DNA of 63,812 nucleotides, counting the filler, from Welwitschia mirabilis (lineage: Eukaryota), in assembly GCA_051453625.1 (NCBI GenBank). It is 3 parts of one record of this genome, joined end to end, with 100 filler letters (N's around TTAATTAATTAA, not from the genome) between each part and the next. Parts side by side here need not be neighbours in the genome. Positions count along the whole stretch, not along the records: positions 34,565 to 63,812 come from JBOZIK010000001.1; 2 more parts are not named here. One strand, written 5' to 3'. Positions 52,957 to 63,812 of the stretch are shown here, piece after piece. The notes beneath the pieces were generated by a model, which was not told the DNA's origin, did not search any database, and was given only the letters and a program-made list of their open reading frames with translations. How positions within the stretch are numbered: position 1 is the stretch's first letter; each line of letters begins with the position of its first letter. A program made the position numbers and the translations under genes.

Positions 52957-55385
52957 AGTAAGTAAGTGATTCTTAAGTTATGATATTATTTAACATAGTT
53001 ATGAAAAATGTACTTTGATAAAGGTAAACTTAAGTTTAACTCAACATAAATTCTATGAGTTAAATAATTCCTAAACCATAGAGACCTAACTCTGTCTAAC
53101 TAAGAAACAAGTTTATTGGATGATAGTTCAACTAAAAAGGCAATTTTAAAAAATATATCCAAACCAAAAGAGTTTGTTACTTACCTTTATAACATTAAAA
53201 CAATATTTCAAATAATATAAAATTAAGGAAGTGTATTTCATAAATCACAATAGTTTTGTAAGATAATAATTATTTTAGGCCTCTTTGATAAAACTGTTTT
53301 TAGTATTAGATGCTACCTACATATAACTTCTTAAAATAGCCTCCAACTTATTATGAGCTTAGTAAGAGGTAGTTTCATAATAAGTATAAGAACCAAAATA
53401 GATTTAGATAGCATGTATTTTCCTATAAGTGAAAACGTCTTAGATTTCCATTTATTAATCTTTTTTTAAATTTTATCTAAAACATATTTCTAAAGATTTC
53501 TAGAAGATCTAATAAAGGAAAAGAAATTCCTAAAGCATTAGAAATCTTTATGGGATAGGGAAATTAACAAGAGCAAATAGAAAGTCACTATTAATGACTA
53601 GATGAAGAAAAAATAGAATATTTCTTCCAATTTATTTAGGATCATGAGAGGATGCAATATTGATATATTTCAATAAAGAAGGTGCAATTCATTATTCTAT
53701 TTTCTTAAAAATAAAAAAAACTTATCTACAAAATGCATATTAATAAGTTGTTAAGGATTATTATGAACTTAAACATCTTAAACTAAGCTTGAGTGTCATT
53801 CTATGTGAATTGCATGGCATAAAAAATTAACTACTAAAATAAACAAATAAGAAGATAATGGACATTCTTGTTAAATTAAATGTTTAATACTAAAAGTCTC
53901 TGAAATACCATGTTTAGTAGCAACAAATGCGCTAACATCTTATAAGCAACAAGATGGAGAAATTTATAGCCAAATCCCAACTTGTTTATAAATTTCAAAA
54001 TAAAATGCTACTAAGTTTTATCATATTCCTTTACATAATCAAGCCTGGTAAAGATCACATCTTGACAAAAATCTTTTTTTCATTGCTTTTCCTCCTAGTA
54101 ATGACATCATTGAGTATATACCTACTTTTAGTAAAACTAGATTGTTCATTACCAAACATATGAGGTAAAAACTATTTTCAGTAAAAAAAGATAACCATTT
54201 GGGAAAAATTGTATTTGAAACATTAAGTAGGATGATTAAATGTTAATTAATATAAAATAAAGATCTCTAGATGAGGAAAGAAGTTGAATAAATCAATTAA
54301 TATGAGAGCCTAAAGGATCCTTGTAAATGACTTCTTGAATCACATACTAATAGTCTTATCCTATTATATCCTAGNNNNNNNNNNATTTTTATAAAACTTA
54401 GTTGAAAAACCATCAAATATTAGAGGTTTTCCATTGGCTAGATTAAAATAGGTTTCTTTTAATTATATAACAATAATATTCATTTCTAAAAGAGAATTAT
54501 GAGTTGGAGTGATTTTATTAGAGATAAAATTACATTTTAATTAAATAATTTATAATTAATTTTAAAAAAACTACTATGAAGATAGTCACAGAATAATCCA
54601 TCATAAAATTCAAAATACCATTTCCCTTAGAAATCAAACATTCACCAATAAGTAGCTAAGAGGTACCTTGAGTTTCACCATTATTTGATTTTTAAAACTT
54701 AATAAACTTTTTACAATTATCATGTTGAATATGCAACCACATCAATCTACTTTTAATCAAAGAACTAGAAACAAAGAAATATTTCAAACTTATAAATGCT
54801 TTATAGCATTAGCTCATAAGGCTTGATCTTAAACATTTAGTGAATCTCATTGGTTTTGAGAAGACAATGTGCCAACAATAGAAGAAATACATTAATATTC
54901 ATGATTACTAATTTTTGCCAGTTATTATTAGGAATGACAATTATAGTTCCTAGATCTACATGTAGTGTGATGTCATGAAGCTAATGAACTAAAAGATCCA
55001 ACATGATAATGTTTAGCATTCCATAAAATTTTAATCCAATCTTTTCTTTCTTTATAACTAAAAGCTTGAGAATGTAATAAAAAGAGGAATTACTTTTTAT
55101 AATAGTGACTCGTATAAAATTTAATATTAAATTAAATTAAAAAATGACCAGATATAAGTGCAATAGTTAACACTTTAAAAGTAAATTGGAAATCCCCAAA
55201 TAAAACTATAGAGTAATAAAAATAATCTAACTTGTTTAGAATGTAAGTAGAACTAGATTTATAATTAATTTAAGTAAAAAAAGTCTTAAGCATAGATGGA
55301 ATGAAACTACAAGTCTTTTTCAACTAAATAAATTTTCTCATCAAAAATCATTAAAGCTAAAAAATTATAAAGCTTGCAAGGGACA

Positions 55386-58300
55386 TGTTGCAATGCCAAA
55401 TTGTATGATGGGGTATTTTGAGTAGTTTTATAGGACATTCAGAAAGATTTAAGCACAAAATGACAATATTAAGAGTCAAGAAGAAAATCACAGAAATGCA
55501 CAAATACCAGCACTTTTTGATGCATTTCGGATTAATTTTGATACTTCACATTTTAAGAAGGAATTAATGAGCTTACCAATTTAACTTAATAAAAAGTTTT
55601 AAGAAGGTTATTGTCCTCTCCCTTATCCAAATGACATACAAGTATGACACCACTTGCATGATGACTATGACATTAACTAGACCAACACGAAGGATAAATA
55701 AAGAACTCTTTTGAGGTGGCATTATCCGTACCATCGTCTAGACGATAATCAAGATGACCATCTAATTTTAGCAAATGTACCAAACTCCATCAAAATTTTG
55801 CAATGTGTCATGTGCTTTCTTGCATAGTTGTTAGGGTTTTGTTCATGTCTATTAGTCTTATTTATTTGTGAGTTTGTCTTTGTTAATAAATATTGACTCA
55901 ACCCTTAACTATGATCATCTTCATTTGCACTAGAAATTCTCATGTTAGGAGATCGAAGGGTCAGAGGTTCATCCAATAGTTACAAAGAAGAGTCTTCCTT
56001 GGTATTAGGCTATGCCTCCTTCATTGAGGTGCTACTACTTTATAATAAGATGTTGGTTTAACTTTTAATGGAAATATTCTTTTAGTTTTATTCATATTTA
56101 TGTGCATCTCCCTTATGATTTATGTTACTTATGATTCCATGATAGCTTATTTACTAATATAGATTATGAGGGCAACTTTTATTAAGGTTAGAATCATTAT
56201 TTTAGGATCTTGCATTACATTTTATATTTCATTGCATGTTTTCATATTCTATCTGATGTACTTAATAGCTTAGGTTGATTTTGGTTAGTAATAGTTTCCT
56301 TAATTGATCTAGGTTATGTAGGGTTGGTCTTAGTAACAGAGATTTGGTAGATGAATAGATATTACATTTAGAGTATTTTGCATTTGGATTTGCATTATGT
56401 GTTTACTTTTCTTGCATAGTTGATTTTCACTTTTAAACCTTTATTTCGTAAAAGGTAATTCTCTAGCTTCCAGCCTAATGCCTTTGACGGATTACGACAT
56501 TCGGGTCCACTTCCATCTATATTAGTGTGTTATATTTATGTATATATTTGTGATTAACAGGATTTAACTAAAAACATAACATTACATAAATATGCACCGC
56601 AACATCTTGGTGCCATTGCTAAGGAAGGCCATAAGGAGTTCAAGAATTGTTGTTACCTAGGTAAGTGCTTTGGATTTCAATTTAGGTATTTGTTTGTGGT
56701 GGCATTGTATTTTTAATATAAATATTGTAGTTTTTCTTTTTGTATTTTTTTTCACATTTTTTATTTTTCGATCTGCATTTTTGAGCCTATCATCCTGTCA
56801 GTCATCTCGATATCATCTCCTCTATCATTAAGATGACACTGAAAGATGACTAACAGTGTGTTTCTACTCTAGTTTTTGGTGATTCTGTTTTTTATTTTCT
56901 TTGTTTTTTGTTTTCTATTTTCTTGTCATCCAGGATATCATCCAGATGATGAATGAGATGATGAACAACTAAAAATTTTGCTAGGAATGTAGGGGCTTGA
57001 TAAAATCTAGCAAAAAACTAAAATATCTGAGGGAACAAAGCTTTAAAAAAAAAATAAAATTGATAAAACATAAAATATAGGTACACATATCCAGGTATGT
57101 AATTTCCAAGATTTGAAGAAATTTTTTTCTACTTTTATGATTTTTAAACCAAATCTTTTAAATAGAAGTAGAATAGAATAGGATAAAAGTCATTTTATCC
57201 CCTTCTTATTAATGAGAAGCATCACTTAATACAAACATCATAGAACCCTTTAGTTTAAATGCGAATGTTACCATAGGAGAGATAATTGCTAGAAGGAGAC
57301 ATAAAAGACAAAAACCTTATAACTCATCTCCTAATGATGATATAGAACTTAAAACTAATAAAAATAAGGATAAAGAACATTACGAGAAATATTGAGTGAA
57401 GCAAGAGTTGAATAAAGAACAAAAAAACATAGAAATTCTAAGAATAATGCAAATAAAGCACTTACTAAAATATTTCAAGAATAATTTTGGGAACTTCAAA
57501 TGATGTTGAGACTAGGCCCCCTTCCTCTTTTTAAAATTCTTATTTTTCCCCTTCTTATTTTCAATCTTTAAATAAAAATGACAATGATTTACAACATTTT
57601 AGGGATTTTGCCTCATCTAGTAAAACATCTTATAATCATTTTAGTAAATTCCAATAATATCCCATGAATTATTATGAAGAACAACCATATCCCATCCATT
57701 ATTATAACGAGAAAGATCCTTCTACCATAAGTTACTATGAAGAAAGAAATAACTAAGTAATAAAAATGCTTCAGGAAATGAAAATGAGGTAAGAAAATAC
57801 CAATAAAAACTTAGAAAATTTGATTGGAATATTTCAACAAAATTTATTACAAATTCAACAATCTCAAGGTTCTTTTATACAATAAACCTATCCCACTACA
57901 TCTCACCTAGAGAAACATGAGGAGAACTTCGACATAACAAGTAATAACAATTCTTGCTTTAACATAGAAAATGAAAGTATGGATTAACTACTACATTAAA
58001 CTTATTAGAAGATGAATAACAAATGAAAGTCAATAATGATTTAACTCCATTATTCGACAATAAGGATGAAGATAATTATTTCTCAGATGATGAACTAATT
58101 TATAACCCCATTGAATTCTTATTAGAAAATAAAGATCAAACAAAAGGATTAACTCATAAAAAATCTAAAAATTCTTTAATCCATAACAAAGATAATGATC
58201 ACATTTCTTCTTCTAATGAATCTAATGAATTAAAAAATAATAACATGCAATAAGATGATGAGAATGATGAAGAAGAAGATGATGATGATAATATTAAAAT

Positions 58301-61300
58301 ATCAGATCATATCCCTAGTTTTCACTTACTTTATGATGAGGATGAAGGAGTTCAATCTTTAAAAGAAATTTAGTATATGAGATTAAAGGATAATTTAAGT
58401 AATAAAATAAAATCAATGAAGAATTTACATTATAAATGGAGTCATCCACTCCTATTATTCGGATGAGGGTCTGAGATGATAGTCAGTAAAATCAACTCAA
58501 TAACTTAAAATAAGGATTACAATTTAGAATTAATAGAATTATTCATTAGAGAGAAAGAAGAGTCAACTCAGGAAATATTAAAAAATCTTCCATTACATAG
58601 TGATGAAAATGATAGCTTTCCTTTCTATAATTTTTTTAATGATCTTTTTGAGAAATCCACTAACTTAGAAAAGAAAAATAATCCTCAACAAAACATTAAT
58701 AACTTTAATAAAAAAGAGCAATAGATAACTAATGATATTAATAAAGATAATGGAGAAGAGGAAAATATGATCAAATAACATAATGAAGAAAGTAAAGAGA
58801 GCATTCAACCACATAATGATGAAGTCAATAATGAGAAGAAAAGGAATAAAAAAGAATCAATTGTAAATCAAATAAACTTAATGGAGAATAGACTTATACC
58901 TTTCAATTAAAAAAACCAACTTAAAGAGTCTCTACATGTTTCATCATCGTTTTCACTTGTACTTTCATGAAAAACCTCAAATGACATCCCTCCTTCTCCT
59001 TCTACTTCTATAGTACCTTGTGATCTTGACAATAATAACCTTTCTCCCTTCATCCCTTTTAAACATTCAAGTAATTCTTTAAATCACATCCCTGTTTTTG
59101 GAATTAGTAAAAAACATCACCTTGAGGAGTCTACTCCAAAAATCTTTCAATCTTTTCCTTCTAAAACTTCATGTGCTATAAAAGTAACATCTTTTCCTCT
59201 TTTGCATAAAGTTAACTCTACCTTGTACTTTTAATGATTACCCTTTTTAAAAACAAGGCTTGGGATGCCTTGGAACTCTAAATTGGGACAAATCTTATCT
59301 TCTTGATTCAAATCCATGCTTAGAATTAACTATCAAGGAGCTTCNNNNNNNNNNACTTAACTTACAAAGTTTCTTTCAAAGCCTTGGATCCAAAATTATA
59401 TCATTAATGTCTTCCATGTTCAATATTAAGCTTTAAATGTAATTTATGTTTCAAATCCTTTATGTCATGAGTTTTATAAGAGATTATTTTTTAATGAGTT
59501 ATATGAATTTTTTCATCTCTTATATTATTACTAAATCTGATGGAGACAAAATGTTATGTGATCATGCTAAATAAAAAAAGTCTTATTTCTTTAATGAAAA
59601 TCCATGCCTTGAATCAAATGATAGAAAACTTCTTAATCTTACTAGACACTTTACTTTCTTTGAGTTATGCCTTGCATGCATTTTATAATGATACTCATGA
59701 TTTACAATGTTTTAATAAGTGATTATTTGTCAATGACATTTATCACATCTTTAACTCTTATTTGAATTCTAAAATTTGTGCTATCAAAGTTTTATCTTTC
59801 TACTCTTTCTTCATCTAATTGATTTTTCTTAAAAATGATTTTATATCTTTTATGTCTTATTAATTGGTCAATATTTGTTTTGATCCTTATTTCTCTAAAA
59901 GATTGTAATATCCTAAAACCATTAGCCTTAGAATAATCTTTTGTTTCTTTCTTTTCAATAAAAGTGTTGAATAGATTTTAGGATTTGAATAAAATTTGTT
60001 TTTAGTTTGCTTTGGTGTTTCCTTTTTGCTCTATGTTTTTATGATTTTAACTTTGGTTTTTATTTTAAGAATTAAATTAATCTTTAGATGATTAGGTCCT
60101 TACCTTATCTTTAAGAAAGAACATTCTAATGATTACGTTCAGATTTCTAATTTAACCACTAAATTAATTTAGAAAATTAATGGACAAAGGTTGAAAATAT
60201 ACGAGCAATCTTCTAATATAAACATGATAGAAGCACTGGCCTTAGAGTTTCCCCTTGATGAGAAGAGATTCTTCCCTACCATTATCTAAATTTTCTCTTA
60301 GCTTATTCCTTTGGAGGCCATCATGACATTACTTGATCATCTTTCAAATATGACTTATGTATTTATTTCATTTCCATAACTATTCTTTAACTTGGTTATT
60401 TTACAATGGTAATGTTGGATTCACCCAATCTTAAGACATTCACATATCTATGAACTTTGTTTTGAAGGAAGATGCTTTATTTCTAATGTTTTTCTCAATG
60501 ATGAAAAGGTCTTAAATTGTTTAGGGATATTCTTTTTTTTCTTTTCTTTTATTACTTTACCTTCGTCTTTTGAGATGTTTGATCATGTGGAATTTATCTT
60601 TTATGCATTAAAAAAAGACTAAAATAAAACCATGTTGTTTTATATTTGAATAACTCAAAAACATGGTTACCATACTGTCTTATCATAAGTACACCAGGGT
60701 AAACTTTTTTAAGAGGGACCTTTGGTAATGTAATATGGTAGCTTTGGGAACTCCACTAGGAGGTTAGTTGGCCATGCCTCATGGGTCTTTACTTCTCTGA
60801 CTATGGTTGCACTCCTCTTATCATACATAGGTAAATAATAAATAATAAAAACTTGGAGGCTACAGGATTAGTGGCATTCCTAATATCATTAGAGACATTG
60901 CTTATTTTTTAGACTCTTAGTCTTTTCACATAATCATTTCATTTCTAAGGGTTCAAGTGTTTGTTTTGAGATGTAAGCAAGTAAGTTCAGTTTTAAGCAA
61001 TTCTTTGATCTTATCATTTATTGTTTAATGCATTGATTTTTAGCATCATCATAACCACTGCCTTTTACATATTTATACATTTATCATGCATTTTAAATCA
61101 AGTAATGTTATGCTTTCTTTCACAGGAGTCTATTAGGTTAAAATTTAGGATAGGTAGGTTATCTTCTTTATGTTTCTTATGTTCATACTTTTTGTATTTT
61201 TTCATTGTTCAAGTTAGTTATTTCAAAGTCATTTCCATATTTTCTTATCATTTTAGAACCTTAACATTTAATAATTTCCTTGTTTTCAATAAAGAGTTGA

Positions 61301-63143
61301 TTTCTTGATTTGATGAATTTCTTTGCAAATTTTATATTATTCATTTTTAGTCTTTTTATAGTTCTAAATAATGTTCATAATAATTTTTATTAAGGTAAAT
61401 TTGTTGGGCACTCATGAATCTTCTTCATCCTAATTAGCACATTTTCATTGTTTACACTTTCCATGTTTGTTAGAATATTCCCTACATCTCTATCTTTCAA
61501 CTCTAATATTTATTTACTCAGCTTTACACTTAATCTCTTAACTATCAAAATTTAATAACACCCATCATCCATATTCTCATCTAAGCATATTGATTTCCAT
61601 CTGATTTCTTTGCTTCATTAGCCAATACAGGACGTATGGTTTTCCTCAAGGGAGGGCAGGACTTATTTTAACTACTCATTTTCATAATTTTTTAGGTTAT
61701 TTTAGAGCTCTCATGAGACATAAGTTTTTGCAATTTTTACTCTATGCACATGATGTTTTACATGTTATTTTTAATATATGATATGTTTGAGATTATTTAT
61801 GAGCCTATTTTATAAACTTCAAATTGATTTTTTTAGAGATAATTTGGCTCAAAATTGTAGTTGTTTATCTAGTTTTTATCAGGGACTAACAAAGGCTAAG
61901 TGGAGGGCTATGATGCACTACCAAATTATATGTATTTAATGAGGTGTTATGAGTTATTTTAGAATACCTTTATACAGGTTTAGATGTAATTTTGAGGATT
62001 ATGGAGACTTGATGGATGACCACAGAAACACACAATTCTCTGACATATTCAGAGGCATTTTAGACATTTTTTGATGTTCACTACTTTGGAAGAAGATCAC
62101 TAATGCTAGAGATAATTTCTCTTGAGTTGGAAAGCCAAGGAGGACTATCGTCCACACTGTCATCCCCACGACAGATAGGATGATAGCCCTGCACATGCGA
62201 AAATAGGATGTTAACTAGACTAAAACTAGAACTAATGGAAGCCTCTTTTCTAAGGGTGTCATCCCTCATGTTATTCCCATGAAATGAAGGACGACAAATC
62301 ATAATGTATGAACCATCATCCCCTTGGTTATTCCCATGACAATCAGGATGAAAATTGAAACGACTAGTCGACTTTCATTCATTTCATCTATTTATTAGAT
62401 TGAAGCATATCTTTTAGTGCATTTTAAGTTATGGTTTCGCCTTCTGTGTTGTATAAATAAACCCTTCCTTAACCTTTCTATCCATTTTTAATGCACTGCA
62501 CATTCTCAGAATAAGAGATCAAAGGATGGAAGATCCATCTTGTGAGTTTCAAAAACTTTCCCTGGTAAATGGTTGTGCATCCTCCATTGAGGCTTGGCTG
62601 TTTTGTAATCTACATGTTGGTTTAATTTTTAATATAAAATTCTATTTCTCTATTATGCATTTATACTATAATTTCCCTTATGGTTTATGTTGTTATTGAT
62701 TCAATGAAAGGCTCTTTAATGAGATAGGTCTTAAGAGCAACCTTTGTTAAGGTTGATGAAAGTAGTTTAAGATCATTTTGCATTGCACTTTCTTTGACTA
62801 ACCTCATAGCTTAAATTAGTCTTGGTTAGTGATAGTCTCCTTGGCTGATTTAGGTTATACAGGGTCAATCTTCCTAGTAAGTCAATTTGGTACTTAGACA
62901 GGCATTCATCTACATTAAGTTGCACTTACATGATATTGCATCTTCATTTCCTATACTATTCTTAAGTTTTTGTTATCATATTCTCTTCAAAAATCAATTC
63001 TCCTTCTTCTCTCACATGCCTTCGATGAGTTATGACATTTGGGTCACTCCCATTTATACTAGAGCATGTATTTTGTAATATATCTATTTTGATTAACATG
63101 ATTTAGTGAGATGTAAAGGGTTGAAAAAATACACATTACAACA
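55386..63143 (+). mobile_element. Family A LTR-internal-LTR unit without pol (LTRs 55386-56604 and 61911-63143; may be chimeric)
   Basis: PBS TGGTGCCATTGCTAAGGA at 56608-56625 and PPT-like AAAGGCTAAGTGGAGGGC before 61911. A gag stub (VTIGEIIARRRHKRQKPYNSSPNDDIELK) is followed by an Asn/Asp/Glu-rich decayed ORF. The LTRs are diverged and the flanks GGACA/GTGCT do not form a TSD. Confidence 0.7.
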
Positions 63144-63303
63144 GTGCTTTTATAGTTATTTCTTTTTCCACTTGATCTTTACTTATACTTAACCTTGATC
63201 TTCTAGATTCCTTTTACTTCCAAAAAATTTTTAAGGCTAGATCTTCATCATCTTCTTCATTACTTAATTTTTTTTTACTTTGATTAGAACATTTTAATGC
63301 ATA

Positions 63304-63428
63304 TGTTGCGGTGTGAATTTATATAATCTTGAAGTCCTTAGGTAAACCTGCAAATGATATAACTTGCAAAAAGACACACACTAGTATAGACGGGAGTTCA
63401 CCCGAATGTCGTAATCCCAACGAAGGCA
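63304..63428 (-). repeat. Family A-type LTR 3' end, less decayed, with no PBS
   Basis: Reverse complement GGATTACGACATTCGGGTGAACTCCCGTCTATACTAG...CACCGCAACA retains its CpGs. Confidence 0.75.
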
Positions 63429-63528
63429 NNNNNNNNNNNNNNNNNNNNNNNNNNNNNNNNNNNNNNNNNNNNNNNNNNNNNNNNNNNNNNNNNNNNNNNN
63501 NNNNNNNNNNNNNNNNNNNNNNNNNNNN

Positions 63529-63812
63529 TGCATCGTTGATTTTCATTTTTGAATCTTTACTTTATATATAGCAATTCTCTAGCTTCAAGCCTAGTGCCTT
63601 TGACAGATTACAACATTTAGATCTACTTCTATCTATATAGAATGTTATGTTTACACATATATTTGTGATTAATAGGATTTAACTAAGAACATAACATTGC
63701 ATAAATACACACTACAACATCTTAGTACCATTGTCATGAAAAGGCCACAAGGAGTTTGAGGATTATCATTACCTAGATAAGTGCTTTGAATTTCAATTTA
63801 GATATATGTTTG
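63529..63812 (+). mobile_element. Another family A 5' LTR end (to 63719), PBS and leader
   Basis: Near-collinear with 56430-56700, reading ACTACAACA-TCT-TAGTACCATTGTC. Confidence 0.8.

Noticed and set aside
52957-55385. AT-rich unannotated stretch
   Set aside because: No recognisable motif, ORF or repeat. Probably very old TE debris.

Overview
AT-rich, gap-ridden land-plant nuclear heterochromatin with no intact host gene; most ORF-track entries are N-spanning or chance ORFs. The window is mainly nested, CG/CHG-deaminated transposons. These are several copies of an Athila-like gypsy family ('A', tRNA-Asp PBS), a Sirevirus (3089-11222, gag-PR plus env-like, no pol) inserted in one of their LTRs, a copia RT/RNaseH remnant, two head-to-head L1 LINEs, a CRM-like remnant, and a second Athila-like element ('B', 38425-50923, tRNA-Asn PBS, TSD) that carries a CACTA end and an unexplained antisense reading frame. 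The most unusual part is a ~10.5 kb insert (21841-32400) that splits one L1 cleanly. It is a mosaic of plastid pieces from three distant plastome regions (trnK exon 1 and intron, trnA exon 2 and rrn23 5' end, ccsA) surrounding ~4.5 kb of decayed, apparently intronless minus-strand coding sequence that I cannot assign. Possible sources are an endogenous virus or organellar mobile ORFs. All assignments come from manual reading and translation; no searches were run.
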